A stretch of DNA of 48,167 bases from the IMG/VR virus record IMGVR_UViG_3300024339_000026, positions 1 through 48,167 of that record; one strand, 5' to 3'. A program made the position numbers and the translations under genes. Of this stretch, positions 9,501 to 17,374 are shown piece by piece. The DNA is from a virus. Its lineage: Duplodnaviria; Caudoviricetes. Position 1 is the first letter of the stretch. Every line of letters starts with the position of its first letter. The notes beneath the pieces are model-generated. The model was not told the DNA's origin. It saw only the letters and a list, made by a program, of their open reading frames with translations, and did not search any database.

Positions 9501-9546
9501 GCCTAACAAAGCCGTAATTTTTCTCCGGTTACTGTGGTCGTTAGTC
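9501..9546 (+). repeat. Short degenerate attC-like site
   Basis: GCCTAACAA...ccggttac...tcGTTAGTC; contains the stop of ORF 9541-9723. Confidence 0.45.
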
Positions 9547-9723
9547 AATCAATTCATTTTGAAGCTTCCTTCTCTCTACTAATGAATTGTGCGCCAACAT
9601 GAATGCACTAAACTCATCAGGGTCCAAGCTCTCAGTTGCCATTACGCAGCATCGAGCTAACGCCAGTTCATCGAATGACTTTTTAGGGTCTTTTAAGTCT
9701 GTCGTGATTTCTGTTTTAAACAT
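9541..9723 (-). CDS. Hypothetical protein
   Basis: 60-aa ORF with GAGG RBS. Confidence 0.5.
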   Translation of the reverse strand: MFKTEITTDLKDPKKSFDELALARCCVMATESLDPDEFSAFMLAHNSLVERRKLQNELID

Positions 9724-9827
9724 GTTAAATCCTCAGTTAAAATTAAATAAAAATAATCGGGTAAGGGCCGGTCTTTACTCGGCATTCCCACAACTACTAC
9801 TTATAATGTTCATTTTGTTTATCTCCA

Positions 9828-10214
9828 TCACTCTTTTCCTTCACTCAGATACGCAATCGCCGCCATTACAATTGCTCGCTTTGGTGTGTCTGCTTCTTGC
9901 CAATCTATCTCTGTCGCTTTTTCACATAAAGCTATCCAAGGTACGTTGTTACTCGTTATCCAAAACGGTTCCAAGTAGATACTATATTTCTCCAACAAAT
10001 CCATTGACTGCTGCCCGTTGGTGCAGGGGTCGTAATGCTTCTTTAGCATTGTGCTTTCATCCCCAGATTTTATGTTCTCAGGATCAAGGCACCATGAGTT
10101 TTGTATCTCATTTCCTTCTAACTTGACGGGCCAGTCAACCCAGCCCTGTAACTTAGCAACCATTCTGTTGAGTTCTGCGTTGGTTTTGTCTTGTAAGTTC
10201 ACATCAATACCCAT
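9828..10214 (-). CDS. NinX/DUF2591-like phage protein
   Basis: ELNRMVAKLQG..YDPCTNGQQSMDLLEKYSI..DTPKRAIVMAAI pattern. Confidence 0.6.
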   Translation of the reverse strand: MGIDVNLQDKTNAELNRMVAKLQGWVDWPVKLEGNEIQNSWCLDPENIKSGDESTMLKKHYDPCTNGQQSMDLLEKYSIYLEPFWITSNNVPWIALCEKATEIDWQEADTPKRAIVMAAIAYLSEGKE

Positions 10215-10389
10215 CCCAATCTTCTCCGCATCTCCTGCACTCATATCCAGCGGCATTAATGCCGTCATCATCGCACTCTGTTTTCTTGAGGTCATTGCCA
10301 AAGCAAACGGGGCATAGGTGACCTGTGCAAATGTCGTCCCGCTGCTCTTCGGTGAAATGTCCTTTACTTAGCTTTCTCTTGCTTGTCAT
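10204..10389 (-). CDS. Small Zn-ribbon protein
   Basis: CPVC...CRRC. Confidence 0.6.
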   Translation of the reverse strand: MTSKRKLSKGHFTEEQRDDICTGHLCPVCFGNDLKKTECDDDGINAAGYECRRCGEDWDGY

Positions 10390-10442
10390 TGATTCTTTTC
10401 CCTTCCATTTTTACGTTACGGCGGGTAGCTACCTCATGCTTT

Positions 10443-10619
10443 CTATCGTGGTTTGATTTTTATGGGCTTAAATTCACTTTGTTTGAACTTCCCACATTTT
10501 GGACAGTCGTAATTGGTCTTGCTATAAATGATCAGATCTTGATCGATGAGTAAGCCGCATCCGGGGCACCTTCTGGTGTCAACAGCTACCGGCATTTCAG
10601 CTACTGTCGTATCGATCAT
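10443..10619 (-). CDS. Small Zn-ribbon protein (below the ORF-track length cutoff)
   Basis: MIDTTVAEMPVAVDTRRCPGCG...CPKCGKFK; ATGA overlap with the upstream ORF stop. Confidence 0.55.
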   Translation of the reverse strand: MIDTTVAEMPVAVDTRRCPGCGLLIDQDLIIYSKTNYDCPKCGKFKQSEFKPIKIKPR

Positions 10620-10954
10620 CTGTCTATCTTCCGTTTTGTTAAATCTTTAAATCCAAGACCATCTAGTATCTTGCAGAACTCTTTCGGGGTGATGTTCTGG
10701 TTGTCCACCTCTGCCATCTTCTCGATCAGATCAGTGCAGTGCTGGAGGGCTTTCCAGCTGTCATCATAAGATCTCAGTATAGGTGTGGGCTTGAACGCTA
10801 TGGTTACCCATTCAATGGAGAACTCTCCTTTTGTATTGCCGTCTGGGGGATAGAACCCAACCGTGATGTTGTCAGTGTATTCTTGACCCTTCAGGCTTGC
10901 GCTTGCATACCAAGCCTCTCCGGTGTGGTGGTATCCTCGGTGCTCTTTATTCAT
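10616..10954 (-). CDS. Hypothetical phage protein
   Basis: GGAGG RBS before MNKEHR; first gene after the promoter-like block at ~11010-11048. Confidence 0.65.
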   Translation of the reverse strand: MNKEHRGYHHTGEAWYASASLKGQEYTDNITVGFYPPDGNTKGEFSIEWVTIAFKPTPILRSYDDSWKALQHCTDLIEKMAEVDNQNITPKEFCKILDGLGFKDLTKRKIDR

Positions 10955-11015
10955 GGTGCCCTCCGTGGTTGTCTCTGGCTGTTCCATATCAGTCCTTTTG
11001 GCTTGCTATATATAC

Positions 11016-11046
11016 GTACAATATACGTTAATTTGTTAATGTCCAG
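11016..11046 (-). promoter_or_regulatory. Putative leftward promoter with TTAACAAATTAACG operator-like spacer
   Basis: Minus strand TGGACA-16-TATTGT; spacer motif is shared with 16048-16088 and 18927-18967. Confidence 0.5.
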
Positions 11047-11084
11047 CGGAACAAGACTGTTTCATCAAAACATTCAAAAAGAGC

Positions 11085-11528
11085 TTAGTTGTTGGGCTGG
11101 TTCTTGCGCAGGATCGTGAGTGCCTGCTCCCAATGAAATCCGTCGATAAAACGCATGAGCCAGACTTTGAATTGCTCGCAGTTGGCAGCGTGAGGGCGAT
11201 CGTCCAGCAGATAGTCTCCTGAATCACCGAGCAGCCCCTTGTCGTGAGTGATGATAATCTTGCGCTTTAGTTCTGGCAGGGTTCTAAATATCCACTCTGC
11301 CTTGTCTGCATAAGCACCTGCCATGCCGGTGGGTGGCTTGGTGGCTATCCAAACGTCATACCCCATGCTGATCACGCTACGTACCGCCTCTAACGCCCCC
11401 GGTATTGGCTCCATCTTGAGGTAGATGCCTTGTTGTTTGACCAGTCTCTCGCCTTCGACAGCGTGCTCTCTCTTGTATTTGTCGAAGTCCACTATGACTC
11501 CGTCCATGTCTATAAATACTCTGTTCAT
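11085..11528 (-). CDS. HAD-family 5'(3')-deoxyribonucleotidase-like protein
   Basis: VFIDMDGVIVDF (motif I), WIAT, K..W, LLDDRP (motif IV). Confidence 0.85.
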   Translation of the reverse strand: MNRVFIDMDGVIVDFDKYKREHAVEGERLVKQQGIYLKMEPIPGALEAVRSVISMGYDVWIATKPPTGMAGAYADKAEWIFRTLPELKRKIIITHDKGLLGDSGDYLLDDRPHAANCEQFKVWLMRFIDGFHWEQALTILRKNQPNN

Positions 11529-11543
11529 ATATCTTTCCTTGGT

Positions 11544-11786
11544 TTATCCAACAGCATAGCCTTGTCGCATCCAGCTCAAGGTCACCCATGCGCATACGCT
11601 AACGAATATTGCTAATGACAACCCTGAAGCCGATGGATGTGGACTCCTCAGCAAGTAATGGGCACCAAACATGACGGGCATCACAATCAGACTGATCCAG
11701 TATGAGTAGACGCACCAGTCCAGCCAGACCAAGATGTACGGCAATTTATTCTCAATCATGATCGTCCTTTTTTCTTTTTCAGCCAT
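11544..11786 (-). CDS. Small membrane protein
   Basis: Two hydrophobic segments. Confidence 0.5.
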   Translation of the reverse strand: MAEKEKRTIMIENKLPYILVWLDWCVYSYWISLIVMPVMFGAHYLLRSPHPSASGLSLAIFVSVCAWVTLSWMRQGYAVG

Positions 11787-11888
11787 GGGCGGTCATTGTT
11801 CTTTTTCACCAAGAACGCTTTCGGATCCATAGGCATGGAATGGCTAAATACGTGAATAGATGCTGATAAAGCCATCATTTGGCGTGCC

Positions 11889-12215
11889 TTACTCTGGTTG
11901 TTTTTCACTTACACCATCCTTTATTTCGTACTGACAGATATCGGTAGACCCTGTCTCAATATGCTCAAGGTTCCCTTCTTTGTTGGTCTTGAACATTCCC
12001 ATGGGGAGGAATTTCCTATCGAACCGACCATGCCACACCCCGTATTCGGTGGGGCTTCCATCGCTGTATTTGCTGGGGCCACATGCGCTACAGACTTTCT
12101 TTCCCTTGCGCTCCTCGATACCGGTCCAGTCGAACCATTTGTGCGTAAACACCATGCTTGGTGCCAGAGCTGTATTTTCGAGGCACCCGCATACCTCGCA
12201 TTGGTATAGGCTCAT
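11889..12215 (-). CDS. Cys-rich phage protein
   Basis: MSLYQCEVCGCLENTAL...CSACGP...GVWHGRF. Confidence 0.7.
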   Translation of the reverse strand: MSLYQCEVCGCLENTALAPSMVFTHKWFDWTGIEERKGKKVCSACGPSKYSDGSPTEYGVWHGRFDRKFLPMGMFKTNKEGNLEHIETGSTDICQYEIKDGVSEKQPE

Positions 12216-12805
12216 TGTGCTGATCCCTCCGCTTCTGTTCCGGGGCGTGACTCAAGCGTCTCTCTCCATTGTTCAGGAATATAGTCTGTGTTGGCTCGTT
12301 CAGACTTGTTTGATCCGCACCATGTCCACACGATATCTACAGGCCGTTTTCTGTACCAATACCATGCTCCATCCATGTTTTTGGCGAGCCACTCTGCCCA
12401 CTCGGGAGCGTCATCCCATGATGGTTTTTCAATCTGTTTAGGTAGCGACTCCCCATGAATAGGCGGGGGGGAGGGTAGATAGAGAGGTCCGATCTCTCGG
12501 TATCTACTGTCTTCCGGTGATCTGCTTGGAACGCTAATGGATTTACCATTCTGCTCGATCTCTACAAACTCGACATTGGGTGACTTCGTGTCTATCACAA
12601 CGATGAAGACAGGTGCATCTTCATGCGCCGACTTAACGGCTTGCTGGAGTGCATTCTTCGCTATAAACGCATCTCCCAAAATAGTCTCATACATTCTGGC
12701 TAGACTAGGGGAGCGGCTCATCTGGCTCTCAAGTTTTGATAGAGCATCACCTAGTTGGTGGATATGCTTCTGGAGTGTGTCTGCTTCTATTGTTGCTACT
12801 TTCAT
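12212..12805 (-). CDS. Hypothetical phage protein with C-terminal Trp-rich module
   Basis: PSWDDAPEWAEWLAKNMDGAWYWY...WRETLESRP. Confidence 0.65.
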   Translation of the reverse strand: MKVATIEADTLQKHIHQLGDALSKLESQMSRSPSLARMYETILGDAFIAKNALQQAVKSAHEDAPVFIVVIDTKSPNVEFVEIEQNGKSISVPSRSPEDSRYREIGPLYLPSPPPIHGESLPKQIEKPSWDDAPEWAEWLAKNMDGAWYWYRKRPVDIVWTWCGSNKSERANTDYIPEQWRETLESRPGTEAEGSAQ

Positions 12806-12807
12806 AA

Positions 12808-12990
12808 TTATCCTTCTTCTATCTCAACCTCAAATCGCCATCCAATGATTCTGGACGTAATAACCAGCGTTTCCCCGCAGTTGTGGCACTCCATCTTGGT
12901 TTCTTTCCCGTCCTCGTCATAGACTTCATACAATTCCATTTCGTGTATTGAGTGTTCGTTTCCGCATTTTGGACATTTGACATCACTCAT
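12808..12990 (-). CDS. Small Zn-ribbon protein (resembles 8552-8830)
   Basis: MSDVKCPKC...ECHNCG versus MSDVTCPYC...ECIECG. Confidence 0.65.
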   Translation of the reverse strand: MSDVKCPKCGNEHSIHEMELYEVYDEDGKETKMECHNCGETLVITSRIIGWRFEVEIEEG

Positions 12991-13095
12991 AGGGGGTCTC
13001 CAGTTTTGGTTTACCGTAGCCGTGTAAATCCACTGGTATCGTTGTGGTACCCGGCAACTTTCATATGCTTCAGTGATGAGTTACGTGTCATTATT

Positions 13096-13290
13096 TCAAT
13101 CCCTTTTAAATGTAATTATTCCGAAGGTGACTCGCTCTACGGTTTCTAAGAGGCTTTCATAACCTCCCGACATCATCTCTGCTCGCACAGCATCCCACTC
13201 GTCCATCCGGTCAGTCTCTTTGAAGAGTTGTTTGACAAATTTAATGATCTGGAAAGCATTGCCATCGGGTCCATTCACGTCTATGACCAT
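13096..13290 (-). CDS. Hypothetical phage protein
   Basis: IDVNGPDGNAF...EMMSGGYESLL. Confidence 0.65.
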   Translation of the reverse strand: MVIDVNGPDGNAFQIIKFVKQLFKETDRMDEWDAVRAEMMSGGYESLLETVERVTFGIITFKRD

Positions 13291-13299
13291 TGCCTTATC

Positions 13300-13485
13300 C
13301 TAAGAAAGTCGCCCACATGCTCTACAGACTTGTCCATCTCTGTTGGCTCTTGACTCCGCTCCATCGGACCATGCTTTTTCTGCCACACTTGGATCGACAT
13401 TGTTCTGCCTCACAAGGCGATGAAACTGCTCTTTATTCCCCCCGTATGCTGCCACTCGAAGCATTCTCTTTAGTTGCTCTATCAT
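13300..13485 (-). CDS. Hypothetical protein
   Basis: Tightly packed ORF with a GAGGAG-like RBS. Confidence 0.5.
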   Translation of the reverse strand: MIEQLKRMLRVAAYGGNKEQFHRLVRQNNVDPSVAEKAWSDGAESRANRDGQVCRACGRLS

Positions 13486-13595
13486 TGCTCTCTCCTCTAG
13501 ATAGCTCTTGAATCAGTAATAACCGTTCATGCTGCATCCCCTGATCAAGCCCCCTTGTGGGGAGCCTTGATAGGAAGGCCAGCGTTCTCTCGGCG

Positions 13596-14051
13596 TTAGT
13601 AATGCTCGTCTTCACAGTTTTCCTCGGTAGTGCTATCTTCAAAGTCACCATATCCACCTTCACATTCACCAGACATCATGTCTCCAAGTAGAGAGCGCTG
13701 ACCGTCTTGCTGGCGGTACCGTGGCTGCTGCAGTTCATGCATTGAGTTCCATACATTGAAATAGGCATCATGGAGCGGTCTGTCTGTCACGCTGTTTTTG
13801 AAGTTGTCGTAGTGAATCCCTAGCAACTCTTGCGTGATTGTTGTCGCCACTACAGACCGGTCGATATAGGCACGATACTTATAGTCAGTTCCCGCATTCG
13901 CAATCACTTCGGCCTTCGGAAATACGGCCTCTATATCGCCTTCTCTACGCGATCTGACCAGCAGGACATCTCGTCCTGAATGCTCTATTGGCTTCTTATA
14001 CTCAAGCGGTTGGACGATTGAGAGAAAGGTGTTACTCATTGCTATCCACAT
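13596..14051 (-). CDS. Conserved-looking hypothetical phage protein
   Basis: MWI..FLSIV..LLVRSR..DYKYRA..YDNFKNSV. Confidence 0.7.
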   Translation of the reverse strand: MWIAMSNTFLSIVQPLEYKKPIEHSGRDVLLVRSRREGDIEAVFPKAEVIANAGTDYKYRAYIDRSVVATTITQELLGIHYDNFKNSVTDRPLHDAYFNVWNSMHELQQPRYRQQDGQRSLLGDMMSGECEGGYGDFEDSTTEENCEDEHY

Positions 14052-14060
14052 AGTTTTTTC

Positions 14061-14339
14061 CTATCCTTTTTTCCGTTTATCTTCTACCTCGAATATGGTT
14101 TCCATAACCGTATCGGAGATACTCTGAACCACCCTTTGGGGGGTGGTGTCTGCTGATTTACTCATTGCCAGCGTGAAGTTGGTTATAAGTCCGACCAGAA
14201 TTCCAAACACCTCATCATGTTCGTGCTTAAAGATCTTCTCGCTGATTGCAAGGTACGTCCTTGCGTGCTCTTTTATCTCATCAGGAAGATCCATGTTTTC
14301 AATATTTTCAGCATCCATAGCTACAATTTCATGACTCAT
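14061..14339 (-). CDS. Hypothetical protein
   Basis: Overlapping gene chain with GGAGG RBS. Confidence 0.55.
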   Translation of the reverse strand: MSHEIVAMDAENIENMDLPDEIKEHARTYLAISEKIFKHEHDEVFGILVGLITNFTLAMSKSADTTPQRVVQSISDTVMETIFEVEDKRKKG

Positions 14340-14592
14340 GGAGTTCCTCCAGTAGAGTTACCACCACACTTTCTGTACATTCGCGTATCGAGTCCAGAAC
14401 TTCGTTTACATCAATCGGGGGTTGTGAGGTTTCACCTACTCCGAGTGCATAAATTGCCGTCATTGTTGAGAGTGCCACCATCCCTTCTTCCCGACCGAGT
14501 CCGTGGATCAACAGGACTCCCTTTGCAGTGGCTTTATTGACTTTGTCCTGCTGTTCCTTGTTTAAGTGCATACCCATCCCTCCGGTGTCCAT
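14329..14592 (-). CDS. Hypothetical protein
   Basis: Overlapping gene chain; start uncertain. Confidence 0.5.
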   Translation of the reverse strand: MDTGGMGMHLNKEQQDKVNKATAKGVLLIHGLGREEGMVALSTMTAIYALGVGETSQPPIDVNEVLDSIRECTESVVVTLLEELHES

Positions 14593-14861
14593 GTGTAGAC
14601 GTAGTCAGCCCCGAATTCTCTACGCGCCTTGGCCCCAATTGTTTGGGGATCTCCGTCGATGGAGATGTTTTGGTTTGGTTTGAATTCGTCATCTTCATCG
14701 GGGCCACCTAGCCCTTGGATTTCCGGTCCTTTGACAAGATTTTCCAGCGACTCCTCTGTCCGGGATACCTTCTCGAGTGCCCGGAGCATATACTCTGGAT
14801 ACCCGTCTGCATTGACTCGGTTTGCAGTCCCTTTGAAGACGATTGCTGCTGTGGTACTCAT
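14562..14861 (-). CDS. Hypothetical protein
   Basis: ATGA overlap with the DUF932 gene; DGYPE...DYVY.W. Confidence 0.6.
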   Translation of the reverse strand: MSTTAAIVFKGTANRVNADGYPEYMLRALEKVSRTEESLENLVKGPEIQGLGGPDEDDEFKPNQNISIDGDPQTIGAKARREFGADYVYTWTPEGWVCT

Positions 14862-15823
14862 GCTGCCTCCCTTAGAATGCTGAATGCCTTATTCTTGAGT
14901 CGCGCACCGGTTCCGAACCATGCGTTAGTGAGTCGGGTATCTCTGGTTCGTCCTTTCTCGTGGTCGATATACTGAGTGACCGCGTTTATCGCTCCCCACG
15001 CAGTGCCGTTGACCGCGTCCATACCCCCTCCGATCTGTTCCCCTTTGTAGAGGTCCATGATTCTCAGATAACCCCGGCTTCTGCGGATCTTGTCGGGTTC
15101 CGGGGCATCTTTAGAGGGCTTGAGTAGCTCCTGCAGGAAGAGATCCATTTCGGTATCCCCGAGCTTCCGGGCTGCCATCTGGTTGGCGGTGTAGGTGAAG
15201 TTGTTCCAGCTCTCGTAGTCTAGACCGAGCATCGATTTCACTATGCTTGCATCGAAGTTGGTGGAGTGGGGAACAGTCACTTGTACTTTGCCATACTCGT
15301 TATTGATGCTGGCGTGGAGCGTGTTGCTGCAGACCACCCGTATGCTGGTGAATTTTGCGATCGTTGCCATGGTGCCGTCATAGCTGGTCGCCATGAGCAC
15401 GTATGGTGCGATTCGGTCATCCATAATGACACGGTCCTCATCGATTCTCCCGAGTGCCCATATCCGCTTGCCTTCCTTGAGCGACCCAGCTGTCTCGATC
15501 TGAATATCAGCCGTTTCAGCCAAATCCTTGAAGAAGCTCAGGGCTTCTGCTGGCTGGAGAATCTTGTAATCACTACTCACCACACTCAGAGGTGCGTTGG
15601 TGTCGCTGCGGTAGAGTACATCTCGTCCGTCCCATGAGCGCATCTCGCCATTCTGGAACTGGACTGTAGAGCGTTTTGCTTCCCAATCCAGTCCTGCCGC
15701 GATACGCCACTCGTCAATGCTGGCATCCTCCGGCATTGGTTTCCCGAGGCCATGCCATGGAGGTACAGTGCCCCCCCACGCTACTGCTGCCTGTCCTGTT
15801 GTCATGTCAATTTCATGTGCCAT
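14858..15823 (-). CDS. DUF932 / TIGR03299-type phage-plasmid protein
   Basis: MAHEI..PWHGLG..AGLDW..ETAGSL..TSYDGT..IRVVCSNTL..GTAWGAINAVTQYIDH. Confidence 0.85.
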   Translation of the reverse strand: MAHEIDMTTGQAAVAWGGTVPPWHGLGKPMPEDASIDEWRIAAGLDWEAKRSTVQFQNGEMRSWDGRDVLYRSDTNAPLSVVSSDYKILQPAEALSFFKDLAETADIQIETAGSLKEGKRIWALGRIDEDRVIMDDRIAPYVLMATSYDGTMATIAKFTSIRVVCSNTLHASINNEYGKVQVTVPHSTNFDASIVKSMLGLDYESWNNFTYTANQMAARKLGDTEMDLFLQELLKPSKDAPEPDKIRRSRGYLRIMDLYKGEQIGGGMDAVNGTAWGAINAVTQYIDHEKGRTRDTRLTNAWFGTGARLKNKAFSILREAA

Positions 15824-16015
15824 TTTAGTTTCCTTTCTATTGGGGTGATGTAGTGGGGGTTATTCTTCGAGGCTCCAGTGTTTAACTTCGTAGCTACGCA
15901 GCTTGCTCGTTGCAGCGTATGGCTCACCGTTCTTTTTGATCTTCGTGATCAGTAGGGTGTAGTTATCCATCTCCTCATTGACATATCCCGGATTGATTAC
16001 TTAACTGTTTTGTTT

Positions 16016-16088
16016 ATTATCTTCACAAATCAGTTAATGTCCAGCAAATACTTCGTTAATTTGTTAAGTTTGTTCTTTAACGGGTATT
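16016..16088 (-). promoter_or_regulatory. Putative leftward promoter plus operator repeat
   Basis: Minus strand TGGACA-16-GATAAT; 16048-16088 matches 18927-18967 at 34/41 positions. Confidence 0.55.
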
Positions 16089-16163
16089 AATGAGGGGGGC
16101 CGGAGGTTTTCTCCGCTGGTAAAGTAGGAGCTACTGGCTTTACCAGTAGCTTTACCAGTTGGA

Positions 16164-16565
16164 TCAGAGTGCAGTCGGGGGGATTACTTCAATCTGGTCT
16201 TGCGAAAGGGTTACCGATAAGGATCTTTTGATATCCCAGATTACGTCTACTGTCATACAGATTCCGTTGAAAACTGCCTTATCGACCGTTCCTTCAGAGC
16301 CAAATGGGATGGGGTCTGGATCGTTCCCTCCCATATTGATCATCTTGACTCTCGCGCCTTTCTCAATAATTCCACTATTGTTCATAAATGTGATGACTCC
16401 ATTGCTGTAGGCAATGGTCTGGTCAGTGTTGTTTTCAGTGTCAGTTTTACCAACTTTCACACAAAGGCTATCTGGGTCAATTGAGGATGGGTGGATTGAA
16501 AACCACGAAACGCCATAGAAGAATGCTTCCGCTTCACTCTCATCATTAAAATAAATAATTTTCAT
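16164..16565 (-). CDS. DUF4314-like protein
   Basis: GARVKMINM..DPDPIPFGSEGTV..VDVIWD..SLSV..D. Confidence 0.65.
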   Translation of the reverse strand: MKIIYFNDESEAEAFFYGVSWFSIHPSSIDPDSLCVKVGKTDTENNTDQTIAYSNGVITFMNNSGIIEKGARVKMINMGGNDPDPIPFGSEGTVDKAVFNGICMTVDVIWDIKRSLSVTLSQDQIEVIPPTAL

Positions 16566-16608
16566 TAAATTGTCCTTTTATTCATATCTTGATCGTTTTC
16601 TTCACTTC

Positions 16609-17362
16609 TAATTCACTATCCATCAATGGGTGTCTTCTTCAACTTGGTTCGCTTTTACGGGTTGGTGGTCTTTCTTTATTTAGCGTATTGCATAGTCTGG
16701 GTGTCTAGCTTTGTTTGACACACTTTCAATTAATGTCTGTATTCTCTTCTATGGTTCACTTAGCGCATTTGGTTCATTATTTCTATTGGGTGCCTAAATT
16801 GTCGTGGTTCACTCTATAAAATTGGGGGGGTATTTATATCTATTGGTTCACTGAAAACCTCTGGTTGTCTTTCATTCATTGGTTCACTCGCATGAGAGGG
16901 TGTCTCGGCACTAATGGTTCGCTTTCTGCTCTGGGCGTGTAACTTTGATTGGCTCACATTTTCATTCTGGGTGTCTAAAAAGCACTGGTTCACTTACATG
17001 ATTTGGGTGTCTAATCAATATCGGTCAACTTAACCACTATGGTTGTCTAATAACCCATGATTCACTTCATGGTTTCGGGTTTCTTGATCATTTCGGCTCA
17101 CTTCCACACGTTGGGTTATTGATTCTCTATGGTTCACTTCTTCCTAATGGTTGTCTGATATGAAAAGGTCGGTTTGAATCACTTAAAAACTATGGTTGTC
17201 TATTCTGTATTGGTTCATTTGTTTTTGCGGTTGTCTCTATATATTTGATTCACTTTATAGTTTTGGGTGTCTCCATCAAAATGGTTCACTTAGCAATTAC
17301 GGTTGTCTATTCTGTATTGGTTCACTTGGCTATTTTGGGTGGATTGGGATGGATGGTTCTAC
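16609..17362 (-). ncRNA. TIGR-like dual-repeat guide array (~20 units of 36 nt)
   Basis: On + strand, TGGTTCACT and TGG(G/T)TGTCT alternate every 18 nt with variable 9-nt spacers; exact 36-nt period at 16950, 16986, 17022, 17058, 17094, 17130; lies just downstream of the Nop/IS110-like gene. Confidence 0.9.
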
Positions 17363-17374
17363 TCGGAGGCCACC

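Noticed and set aside
7668-9546. Complete integron
   Set aside because: No tyrosine recombinase or attI seen in the window; reported only as attC-like sites
16609-17362. CRISPR array
   Set aside because: Repeats are 9 nt of two alternating types with 9-nt spacers, far from CRISPR dimensions, and no cas genes are present; it fits a TIGR-type array instead
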